From the NCBI GenBank assembly GCA_035340095.1, contig DAORGN010000001.1:2218-66217 (forward strand): a stretch of 64,000 bases of DNA, in the 5' to 3' direction. The position numbers and the translations under genes were made by a program. The notes under the pieces are model-generated. The model saw only the letters and a list, made by a program, of their open reading frames with translations, was not told the origin of the DNA and ran no database searches. Source of the stretch: Pseudomonadota bacterium (GTDB lineage: Bacteria > Myxococcota_A > Polyangia > Palsa-1104 > JAEUJZ01). This document shows, in pieces, positions 27,515 to 37,910 of the stretch (positions are counted from its first letter, which is position 1; each line of letters opens with the position of its first letter).

Positions 27515-28402
27515 ATGACGTCCATGGAAGAGATCAGGCTCTCGGCGGTCATCGGGAACTCACAACGGCTCGATGGCGGCGCGATGTTTGGCAATGCTCC
27601 CAAGGCGCTGTGGACCCGCTACTTCGCACCCGACAGTGAAAATCGGATCAGTCTTGCGTGTCGAGCGCTGCTCGTCGAAGTAGGGGCCCGCAAGATCCTG
27701 CTCGAAACGGGAATCGGTGTGTTCTTCGCCCCCGAAATGCGCAGCCGCTTCGGTGTCGTCGAAGAAGATCATGTGCTGCTTCGGTCGCTTGCTGCGCTGG
27801 GCGTCGCAGAAGACGAAATCACCGACGTGATTTTGTCGCATCTGCACTTTGATCACGCGGGTGGCCTTTTGTCCGCGTATGTCGGCGGCCAATCAGCGCG
27901 GCTTCTGTTCCCCAAGGCCCGCTATGTCACAAGTGCGTCAGCGCTGGCTCGGGCGGAAAAGCCGCATGTCCGCGACAAGGCATCGTTTATCCCCGAACTT
28001 CAGGGGCTCTTGCGCGCAAGTGGTCGACTGCATCTGATTGCAGACGGTGCAACTCACGACGAGACGCTGCCCGGACTGCGCTTTCATCACTCAAACGGTC
28101 ACACGCCGGGGCTGCTCCTGACCGAAGTCTGTGGTCCGTCGCCAGATCGAGCGGTGGTATTTGCTGGCGATCTGGTGCCAGGTACTGCATGGGTCCATCT
28201 GCCGATGACCATGGGCTATGATCGCTATCCCGAATTGCTGATCGACGAAAAGACAGCGTTACTGAATCAGTTGTGCGACCGAGGTGCTTGGCTCTTCTAC
28301 ACCCACGATCCCGTCGTGGCGATGAGCAAAATCAGACGCGGCGAAGCAAGCCGTCTGTCCGCGGACAAGCCCGAAACATCACCCACTCGCTTCGTTTTGT
28401 AA
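27515..28402 (+). CDS. MBL-fold metallo-hydrolase
   Basis: HxHxDH motif …[12 protein letters not shown]… with downstream His and Asp ligands (…HHSNGHTPG…, …FAGDLV…). The internal ATG start is MTSMEEIRL. Confidence 0.82.
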   Translation: MTSMEEIRLSAVIGNSQRLDGGAMFGNAPKALWTRYFAPDSENRISLACRALLVEVGARKILLETGIGVFFAPEMRSRFGVVEEDHVLLRSLAALGVAEDEITDVILSHLHFDHAGGLLSAYVGGQSARLLFPKARYVTSASALARAEKPHVRDKASFIPELQGLLRASGRLHLIADGATHDETLPGLRFHHSNGHTPGLLLTEVCGPSPDRAVVFAGDLVPGTAWVHLPMTMGYDRYPELLIDEKTALLNQLCDRGAWLFYTHDPVVAMSKIRRGEASRLSADKPETSPTRFVL

Positions 28403-28806
28403 GCCAACGTCAATTCCATCACTCGGTCTGTGATCTCGATGTCAGCCGGAACCACTGGCATCCATCGCTGATCCAAACCGAACAACCAATGAGTGATTGG
28501 GATCTCTCACAGAGACAATCCAATCTCATTGGTTGAGATCCTTATCATTCAATAAGAGATCCGTTTGCTTCGCGCTGACAGTCCAATCTGTCCCAGAAGC
28601 AGCGCGATCTCTTGCTGCGAACTCAACGTCCTGCAAATGACTTGCAATTTCTGTTTTCACGTCGGTGAAGTCGTTTCTGCTTATCACCGGATGATGAAAA
28701 ACTTGCAGTTTTTGTCGTTTTGTGTGGGTTCGGGTGGCAGGTTTGGAATGCTTTGCTAGGCTTTTTGCGCACCCTTTGTTCAACCCGTTTTCCAAGGAGT
28801 TTGTGC
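28403..28806. promoter_or_regulatory. 404-bp AT-richer non-coding region with nested inverted repeats upstream of the ATPase operon
   Basis: No convincing ORF. There is an 11-bp perfect inverted repeat caaccaatgag / ctcattggttg (28483-28493 and 28525-28535). There is also ggatctct / agagatcc (28500-28507 and 28555-28562), plus gagatcc at 28535-28541. GC is visibly lower than in the flanking genes. Confidence 0.4.
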
Positions 28807-29163
28807 ATGGCTTCGCGTGTCCCTGTTCCCCCTCGCAGTTTCGATGATCAGCTAGAGTCCCTGATCGCTTTTCTCAAGCAATCCAAGACCGCGCTTGTTG
28901 GCGTTGATCCGAAGCAGCTCGAATCGGACCTAAAAGCCCAGCGTGAAGAACGACAAAAAGATCACGATGCCGAACGGCAGTACGAGCAGATCCATCGTCG
29001 GTTTTTGGAATCGCAGGCTGAACGGTATCGTCGCTTCGGCGTGGCCGTGCAAGTGATGCGGGCCGCCAATCGTCACAACGCCGACGTGCTGGCGGCGATG
29101 GAGCAGTTCAAGCGTCCACGAACGGCAACTTCTGCGAAAAAGTCCAAAGCTGACAAGCCGTAG
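28807..29163 (+). CDS. Hypothetical highly charged helical protein (118 aa), first gene of the ATPase cluster
   Basis: Internal ATG (MASRVPVPPRSFDDQLESL…) within ORF 28720..29163. It lies 47 nt upstream of the next gene on the same strand. No family recognised. Confidence 0.55.
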   Translation: MASRVPVPPRSFDDQLESLIAFLKQSKTALVGVDPKQLESDLKAQREERQKDHDAERQYEQIHRRFLESQAERYRRFGVAVQVMRAANRHNADVLAAMEQFKRPRTATSAKKSKADKP

Positions 29164-29210
29164 CCGGCAGAATATAGAAGACAGGTACGCATCAGCTTGG
29201 AGGGACCGAG

Positions 29211-29486
29211 ATGAGAGAAGCACTGGGTTTTGGGCTGGGGATGGGCCTGGCGACAAGCTACGTGCTGCTTCTTCGCCTGAACGCCCGTCTGTATACACAA
29301 AACAGCGGGCAGGGTCTGGCGCTGCTTCTGCACGTCGGTCGGCTTGTCGTGCTGGTCGCGGTGATGGTGCTGCTCGGTTCGCTCGGCAAGCGCTGTCTTC
29401 TGTATGGACTGCTGGGTTTTGTGCCGACGCACCTGCTGTTGTATTTGTGGCTCCGGAGACAGCCCGATGACATCGCCCCTCCTTGA
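29211..29486 (+). CDS. Small membrane protein, AtpR/AtpI-like ATPase accessory subunit
   Basis: 91 aa with 2-3 hydrophobic helices carrying intramembrane Arg residues (…YVLLLRLNARL…, …LLLHVGRLVVLVAV…, …LLYGLLGFVPTHLLL…). It sits directly before, and overlaps by 20 nt, the a-subunit gene, as atpR does in N-type operons. Confidence 0.6.
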   Translation: MREALGFGLGMGLATSYVLLLRLNARLYTQNSGQGLALLLHVGRLVVLVAVMVLLGSLGKRCLLYGLLGFVPTHLLLYLWLRRQPDDIAPP

Positions 29487-30156
29487 ACCGGCGCTGTTCA
29501 ACATCGGGCCCGTACCGATTCCGGCGTCGCTTTGCACCAGCGTGGGCATCACGGTCGTGCTTGGGGCGGGCAGCTTCATTCTGAGCCGTCTGCTTCGCCC
29601 CGAGCCGGGCAAAGTCCAAGCGATGTGTGAAGTCGTCATCACGACGATCCTTGAACAGATCGAAGAGGTGACGCGCAAAGACGGTCGACCCTATTTGCCG
29701 CTGATTGGGACGCTGTTTCTGTTTCTGATCGTCGCCAATTCGCTGTCGCTGATTCCTGGGCTACAGCCGCCAACGGAACGACTGGAGACAGTGATAGCGC
29801 TCAGTCTGACGGTGTTTGTATCGGTTTACTACTACGGCATCCGTCGGCACGGGCTGTTTTCCTATCTGAAACACTTTTTTCAGCCAACGCCGCTGCTGTT
29901 TCCGATTCATGTGCTGTCGGAACTGACGCGGACGTTTTCGCTATCTATGCGTCTGTTTGGCAACATCATGAGCCACGGCTTGATCCTGGCGGTGATTGTG
30001 TCGGTCGCAGCGCTGCTTGTACCGATCCCGATTCTTCTGTTTGGGCTTTTCACCGGCGCCGTTCAGGCGTACATCTTTACCATCTTGGCGACGGTATACA
30101 TCGCTGCGGCAGTCGAGGATCATCCGCAAGCCGTAAAGACCGGCCACAAGGAGTGA
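29467..30156 (+). CDS. atpB: F/N-type ATPase subunit a
   Basis: Internal start MTSPLLEPALFNIGPV in ORF 29404..30156. The conserved stator Arg context is present (…FSLSMRLFGNIMSHGL…), and the C-terminus reads …AVQAYIFTILATVYI…. Confidence 0.9.
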   Translation: MTSPLLEPALFNIGPVPIPASLCTSVGITVVLGAGSFILSRLLRPEPGKVQAMCEVVITTILEQIEEVTRKDGRPYLPLIGTLFLFLIVANSLSLIPGLQPPTERLETVIALSLTVFVSVYYYGIRRHGLFSYLKHFFQPTPLLFPIHVLSELTRTFSLSMRLFGNIMSHGLILAVIVSVAALLVPIPILLFGLFTGAVQAYIFTILATVYIAAAVEDHPQAVKTGHKE

Positions 30157-30164
30157 CATAGAAC

Positions 30165-30407
30165 ATGAGCGTTCAGGTCGTGAGCATCCTCGGGGCCGTC
30201 ATCGCTGTCTGCTTTGGCGCGATTGGGCCGGCACTGGCCGAAGGACGGGCCATTCAGGCTGCGATGGAAGCGATTGCACGACAACCCGAAGCCGGACCAA
30301 CGATTTCGCGCTCGCTGTTCGTCGGTCTGGCGATGATTGAAGCGATGGCGATTTACTGTCTGGTCGTCGCGCTTGTGCTTCTGTTTGCCAACCCTTTCGT
30401 CAAGTAA
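30165..30407 (+). CDS. atpE: F/N-type ATPase subunit c
   Basis: 80-aa hairpin protein with the …ARQPEAG… loop and the helix-2 carboxylate in …[25 protein letters not shown]. Confidence 0.92.
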   Translation: MSVQVVSILGAVIAVCFGAIGPALAEGRAIQAAMEAIARQPEAGPTISRSLFVGLAMIEAMAIYCLVVALVLLFANPFVK

Positions 30408-30410
30408 GCG

Positions 30411-31151
30411 ATGCACGTTTCGCTGCTGCACATCGCGTTTCAGACGATCAACTTTCTGGTCTTGGTGTTTCTCCTCCAGCGGTTTTTCTATAAGCCGATC
30501 CTGGGGGTGATTGCTGAACGGAAGCAGAAGATCGCGCGCGAGCAAGAACTGGCTGCGTCGGAAAAGCAGGCGGCGGAAAAGCTAAAGGCGGATCTTCAGA
30601 ACAAGCTGCAAGCGATCGAAGACGACAAGCAGCGGGTGCTGCAGCAGGCGCTTGTGCAAGCCGAAACGCAAGCAGCCAGTCTGCGGCGCGAAATGGAGCA
30701 AAAGATCGACGGAGAGCGTGCTCGTCAGACGGCGCTTTTGCAAAGCGAGCGCAGTGAGGTCGAGCAAAAGCTCAAAGAGCAGTCGGTGCGGCTGGGCCTG
30801 CTGATTGCTGAGCGGCTGCTGCGCGAGGGGGCAGTGGTAAGTGATCCGCTCGTCGCCGTCCACAGAGCGCTTGGGCAGATCGAGGCGCTTCCATCGTCGG
30901 AGCAAGGTCGCGTCTGGACGGAGCTTCGCCAGCATGGTGCCGAGCTGACCAGCGTGGACGCGCTGTCGGTGACCCAGGTTGCGCAGGTCAAAGCAGCGAT
31001 CGAATCGGCTTGTCGGCATCCGGTTTCGCTGACCACCCAGACTGAACCGAAGCTGCTTTGGGGCGTAGAACTGCGGCTTGGTCACTTGTCGTTTGCATTT
31101 CACTTGCACGCCGGACTTGCCAAAGTGCAGTCGGAGCTGTTGACCCCATGA
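30411..31151 (+). CDS. atpF: F/N-type ATPase subunit b with delta(OSCP)-like C-terminal domain
   Basis: The N-terminal TM plus coiled coil is typical of subunit b (…FQTINFLVLVFLLQRFFYKPILGVIAERKQKI…). The C-terminal roughly 70 aa (…SVDALSVTQVAQVKAAIESACRHPVSLTTQTEPKLLWGVELRLGHLSFAFHLHAGLAKVQSEL) resembles the C-terminal domain of delta subunits. Confidence 0.85.
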   Translation: MHVSLLHIAFQTINFLVLVFLLQRFFYKPILGVIAERKQKIAREQELAASEKQAAEKLKADLQNKLQAIEDDKQRVLQQALVQAETQAASLRREMEQKIDGERARQTALLQSERSEVEQKLKEQSVRLGLLIAERLLREGAVVSDPLVAVHRALGQIEALPSSEQGRVWTELRQHGAELTSVDALSVTQVAQVKAAIESACRHPVSLTTQTEPKLLWGVELRLGHLSFAFHLHAGLAKVQSELLTP

Positions 31152-32675
31152 GTGATCTTTTGCGCAACCTGATTGCGTTTGCGCAAGACACCGAGGGGAA
31201 AGTGCGTGAGCTGAGCCTGGCCCCGCGACCGGAATCGCTTGGGCGGGTGATTGCGATTGCCGATGGCGTGGTGCACGTTTCCGGGCTTCCCGAAGCGCAG
31301 CTTGGCGAAGTGCTGCGCTTTGCTTCGGGAACGATGGGGCTGGTCGTCGTGCTAGATGAAGACCAGATCGGCTGTGTGCTGCTCGGCAAACAAGAAGGCA
31401 TTTTGGCTGGCTCGTCGGTTCGCGGGACGGGCCAGGTGCTGGATGTTCCAGTCGGTGAGGAGCTGCTCGGACGGGTGGTTGATCCGCTGGGACTGCCGCT
31501 CGATGGTGGGCCGAAGATCGAGGCGCGGCATCACCTGCCGATCGAGCGGCCCGCACCGGGGATTACCCAGCGTCAGCCAGTGACGGAACCGCTGCACACC
31601 GGGATCACGGCGATTGACGCGATGCTTCCGCTCGGACGGGGGCAGCGTGAGCTTATCATCGGCGATCGTTTCACAGGCAAGACCGCGATTGCCGTCGATG
31701 CCATCCTGAGTCAAAACAGCACCGACGTGATCTGTATCTATGCCGCGATAGGTCAGCGCGCTTCGTCGGTGAGCCAGGCTGTCGCCGCGATTCGAGAGCG
31801 CGGGCCCAAGTCGCGCACGATTTGTGTGGTCGCTGCTTCCGACGCTGCTGCGGGGCTTCAGTGGATGGCTCCGTATGCCGCGTGCGCGATGGCCGAGTAT
31901 TTTAGCGAGCGTGGTGGGCATGTGCTGCTGGTGCTCGACGACCTAACCAAGCACGCGCAGATTCATCGCCAGGTCGCGCTGCTTTTGCGTCAGCCACCGG
32001 GACGCGAGGCCTATCCCGGAGATGTCTTTTATTTGCATTCGCGACTGCTCGAACGGGCGGCGAAGATGTCGACGGATCGTGGGGGCGGGTCGCTGACGAC
32101 ACTGCCGATTGCCGAGACGCTGGCTGGCAACCTGTCGAGCTACATTCCGACCAACCTGATCTCGATCACCGACGGTCAGATATTTCTTGAACCACGGCTT
32201 TTCAACGAAGGACAAAAGCCCGCAATTGATGTAGGCAAGAGCGTGTCTCGGGTGGGTGGAAAGACCCAGCTTGCGGTGATGCGCAAGGTCAGCGAAAAGC
32301 TTCGTCTGGGATATGCGCAGTTTCTGGAACTGGAGGTATTCACCCGTTTCGGCGGCGCGATGGATGAGCGGACGCAGAAAGTGATCGAGCGCGGGCGACG
32401 GGTTCGGGCCGCGCTGCTGCAGCCGCAGTTTCAGCCTCTTTCAACGGCGCATCAGGTTGCGCTTTTGCAGGCAATCGACGACGGACTGCTGGATGGGCTG
32501 CCGACCTCTGCGGTTGGGCTGTATCGCGACGCGCTGGGGACGCTTTTGGCCGAAGAACACAAGCTTTTGGCGTTGCGGATCGAGCAAGGCAGCGTTCTTT
32601 CAGAGCCAGAACAAAAACAGCTGGGAGAGGTGCTGCGGGCGGCTCTTTTGCGGGTCAATGCCAACGAGGGCAAGG

Positions 32676-32689
<14 letters not shown>
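31148..32689 (+). CDS. atpA: F/N-type ATPase subunit alpha
   Basis: Internal start MSDLLRNLIAF with an ATGA overlap with atpF. Walker A is …GDRFTGKTAIAVD…. Other alpha motifs are …LLRQPPGREAYPGDVFYLHSRLLERAAK… and …PTNLISITDGQIFLE…. Confidence 0.93.
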
Positions 32690-34905
<2,216 letters not shown>

Positions 34906-34914
34906 TCGCCGATC

Positions 34915-35265
34915 TTAGGTGGCGAGCAAGCGGGACAAGCGGCGTTCGCCCATGACCCACTGCGGCACAGCCACAGCCAGCAAAAGAATCGCCGAAAGGC
35001 AGTAACTAATCCCGCGCTCCGTCGAGTCGAGTCCCGGACCAAGCTGTTCGGCCTGTTGCTGCATTGCGGCAAGAAGAAAGTAGGCAAGTCCGATCAAAAA
35101 CACGATCCAAGCGACAGCGCTGATGAAGATACCTGAATATTTTTGCAGTGTACCGGACCGGTATCCGAGCGAAATGGCGCGTATATCATTACGCACTGCG
35201 AATGAAGTTACACGGGTACTGCGTAACCCAGGTTGCGCTGTCAGAGCGTGTTGTTCTGCTTGCAT
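34915..35265 (-). CDS. Hypothetical small membrane protein (116 aa, 2 TM)
   Basis: Two clear hydrophobic helices (GIFISAVAWIVFLIGLAYFLLAAM and ISYCLSAILLLAVAVPQWVM). It is convergent with atpD, with a 9-nt gap. Confidence 0.45.
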   Translation of the reverse strand: MQAEQHALTAQPGLRSTRVTSFAVRNDIRAISLGYRSGTLQKYSGIFISAVAWIVFLIGLAYFLLAAMQQQAEQLGPGLDSTERGISYCLSAILLLAVAVPQWVMGERRLSRLLAT

Positions 35266-35416
35266 GGTCAGGCTCCGTGCTTGCCGACTTTTGATTGAAA
35301 TGCTTGCAAGCCAAGGGCCAAGGCGATGCGCCTAGCAGCGACGGAAAAGCGAACAGTAGAGCAGGACGAAACGGGCGGGCGATTTCACAACGCGGCGCGT
35401 CAGAGCTTCTGGGGGA

Positions 35417-36412
35417 TTACTGGAAAATTTCTGCGACTGGGCGGCCCGAGATGCGGGTGAGCGGAGACAGACCAAGCACCGCGAGCGCAGTCGCCGCGGT
35501 ATCCATCGTCGATATGTTCGATCGAATGTGATAGCCGCGACGGACACCGGGGCCAGATGCGATCCATGGGATCTCTCGATCGCTCGGCAGGGCGCCCGTA
35601 TGACCACGCGCGTGGCCACCATGATCTGCCGACACAATGACCAGCGTGTCGTCGAGCATGTTCGCCTCTTGCAGTGCGCGATAAATGGTTCCAAGACAGG
35701 CATCTGAGGCGAGCGCAGCCTTGCGATAGCTGGCCGTCATCCAGCCATCGGAGTGACCTGCCTCGTCTGGGTCAGAGAAATGGACGAACAAAAGACCGGG
35801 CTTTTCTTTGGTCAAGTAGCGAGCTGCTTCGTCGCTGACTTTCTTGCAGTAGTAACCGGGGCGCGCGAACACGTCGACGGTGCCTTCGGGCATGATGTGG
35901 CGAAGCTTGGGCTTGCCGACAAACGCGGCGGTTTTTAGTCCACCCTCTTCGGCGGCTTGAAAGATCGTCGGGACGCGGATGTAGCCACGGGTTTTCAGCC
36001 AGGTGTTCCACGTCAGTCCATGTTGATCGACATCGACGCCCGATAGCATCGAGGCATGAGACGGCAGCGTCGATGCCGTTCGGATTGTGCGCGCTTTCCA
36101 GGTAAACGATCCGTTGCGATAGAGCTGCTCGTGCCAGTACATGTTCTGGCCATAGATCAGATCGGGTCGCATGCCGTCTTCGCTGATGATGACGACGTGA
36201 CGTACACCGGGTGGATGCTCTAGCCCAACCGATGCAACGGGATGAGGTTGCGACTGCACAGGCACAGGCTTGGCGATCGGCATGGTGCTGGATGTCGCGG
36301 GGGCCGCGTGGGCCGTCGACTCTTTGCTGGGAAGTCGAAATACCGACGACGACAAGAGCAATCCGAGAGTGCTCACGGTTGCTAGCCGGTAGACGCTGTG
36401 CCTTCTGCGCAT
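35417..36412 (-). CDS. Alkaline-phosphatase-superfamily nucleotide pyrophosphatase/phosphodiesterase (NPP-like), secreted
   Basis: Signal peptide; …VVIISEDGMRPD…; nucleophile region …TLPSHASMLSG…; …HFSDPDEAGHSDGW…; …VSADHGGH…. Confidence 0.8.
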   Translation of the reverse strand: MRRRHSVYRLATVSTLGLLLSSSVFRLPSKESTAHAAPATSSTMPIAKPVPVQSQPHPVASVGLEHPPGVRHVVIISEDGMRPDLIYGQNMYWHEQLYRNGSFTWKARTIRTASTLPSHASMLSGVDVDQHGLTWNTWLKTRGYIRVPTIFQAAEEGGLKTAAFVGKPKLRHIMPEGTVDVFARPGYYCKKVSDEAARYLTKEKPGLLFVHFSDPDEAGHSDGWMTASYRKAALASDACLGTIYRALQEANMLDDTLVIVSADHGGHARGHTGALPSDREIPWIASGPGVRRGYHIRSNISTMDTAATALAVLGLSPLTRISGRPVAEIFQ

Positions 36413-36553
36413 GAATTTAGGTTACCGTCAAGAAGGCTCCAAATACAACTACATCCGCATGCCGAAAGTTCGCGAAACAGCTTTGGCTTTTGGCGCAAGC
36501 CGGCCAAGATCATCTCGCGCTTTCAATGTTTGGGGAGGGTGAGAGACTTCGCG

Positions 36554-37852
36554 ATGGAAACCGGCGAGACAAACCGCGGCGGGGATGCGTCCCGCCATCT
36601 TGCGAGCGAGCCGCGGCTGCGACCTCCCGTGGGCGGGAGCTATCTTGGACTTTTGTGGCACAACCGCGACTTTCGCGCCGTGTATCTGGCGAGCCTGATC
36701 AGCCTGGGCGGCGACTGGTTCATGATGGTTGCTTTGTACGATCTGGTATTGAGCCAGACGGGCAGTGCGACGCTGATTTCGGTGATCAACCTGTGCTTGG
36801 GTCTGCCGGCGCTGCTGGTGACACCGTGGGCGGGCAGTCTGATCGACAAGACGGATCGCCGCAAGCTGATGGTGACGGTGGACCTCCTGCGCGCCGGCCT
36901 GGCGCTGATTCCTATCTTGGTGGTGTCGCCCAAGCTTCTGCCGCTCGCGTTTTTGGCAGTGGCGTGTCTGTCCGCTGGATCGGGCTTTTTTGATCCGGCA
37001 GCGGAAGCGGCGGCGCCAAACATCGTGGCACCCGAAGACTTGGGACGTGCCAACGCACTGCTCGGATCGGCGTGGGGCACGATGCTGATGGTCGGTTCGG
37101 CAGTTGGTGGACTGGTCGCAACCTATCTGGGTCGCAACGTCGCGTTTGCGCTCAATGGGCTAAGCTTCTTTGTTTCGGCGGTGCTGCTGTGGCGCATCAA
37201 GCTGAACTTTTCAGAACATTCACACCACACGGCACCACAGACGACGCTGCGCGAGTCTCTTTCTGAAGCGGTGACGTTTGTGAAGTCGCGACCCCAGGTG
37301 ATGGCGCTGCTGAGCGGCAAAGGACTGCTTGGGCTGACGCTTGGTCTGACGTCGCTGCTTTCGGTGTTTGGCGAAAAGGTGTTTTTGCGCGGCTCAGAGG
37401 GAATCGCGAAGCTGTTTGTTGCGCGTGGCCTGGGCGCGGTGGTCGGTCCGTTTGTGCTGTTTGCCTTGCTGCAGCGCTCATCGCTGCGAACGTTGGCGAT
37501 CGGACCGTGCATGATGGTGTACTCGCTCGGGTACTGTTTTTTGTCGAAAAGTCCGTCGCTGGAATGGGCGATGGTGCCGATTGTGCTGGGTCACATGGGC
37601 GGCGGTGCGATGTGGCAAGCGACGACCTACGCGATGCAGGAATCGGTGCCAGACGCACTGCGCGGGCGGGTGTTTTCTTTTGATCAGGCGATTTTGGGTG
37701 TGACCTATTCGCTGTCGACGATGGGGGTTGGGCTGCTCGTCGATAGGCAGGGCGCGCGGCCAGTGTTCTTTGTGCTGTCGCTTGTGTTCACGCTGCTGGG
37801 CCTTTTGCTGTTTGTTGTGACTCGTCGCTTGTGGCAGACCCACAGAGTGTGA
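36554..37852 (+). CDS. MFS transporter
   Basis: Internal ATG (METGETNRGG…) in ORF 36398..37852, with about 12 hydrophobic helices. …FRAVYLASLISLGGDWFMMVAL… and …LIDKTDRRKLM… are typical of MFS_3-type exporters. Confidence 0.8.
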   Translation: METGETNRGGDASRHLASEPRLRPPVGGSYLGLLWHNRDFRAVYLASLISLGGDWFMMVALYDLVLSQTGSATLISVINLCLGLPALLVTPWAGSLIDKTDRRKLMVTVDLLRAGLALIPILVVSPKLLPLAFLAVACLSAGSGFFDPAAEAAAPNIVAPEDLGRANALLGSAWGTMLMVGSAVGGLVATYLGRNVAFALNGLSFFVSAVLLWRIKLNFSEHSHHTAPQTTLRESLSEAVTFVKSRPQVMALLSGKGLLGLTLGLTSLLSVFGEKVFLRGSEGIAKLFVARGLGAVVGPFVLFALLQRSSLRTLAIGPCMMVYSLGYCFLSKSPSLEWAMVPIVLGHMGGGAMWQATTYAMQESVPDALRGRVFSFDQAILGVTYSLSTMGVGLLVDRQGARPVFFVLSLVFTLLGLLLFVVTRRLWQTHRV

Positions 37853-37910
37853 CCATGTAGGACAACGTAAGATTTTTGACTTCCTTGTCACACCGAAGTA
37901 GTGTGGACCC

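Noticed and set aside
28730-28770. Possible sigma54 promoter (tggcag…gaatgc and tggaat…ttgct) in front of the ATPase operon
   Set aside because: The spacing between the GG and GC elements is two nt too long in one reading and two too short in the other, so it does not fit TGGCAC-N5-TTGC.
28526-28795. 89-aa minus-strand ORF in the AT-richer intergenic region
   Set aside because: It lacks the third-position GC bias seen in the neighbouring genes, has no motif and no obvious RBS. I treat the region as non-coding or regulatory, and flag that expression data could overturn this.
28807-29163. The possibility that the 118-aa protein is the missing epsilon subunit
   Set aside because: Epsilon has an N-terminal beta-sandwich with characteristic Gly and hydrophobic strands. 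This protein is uniformly charged and helical, with no such region.
30582-31556. 324-aa minus-strand ORF across atpF/atpA
   Set aside because: It is antisense to two strongly supported ATPase genes and has a Pro/Arg/Ala-rich low-information sequence.
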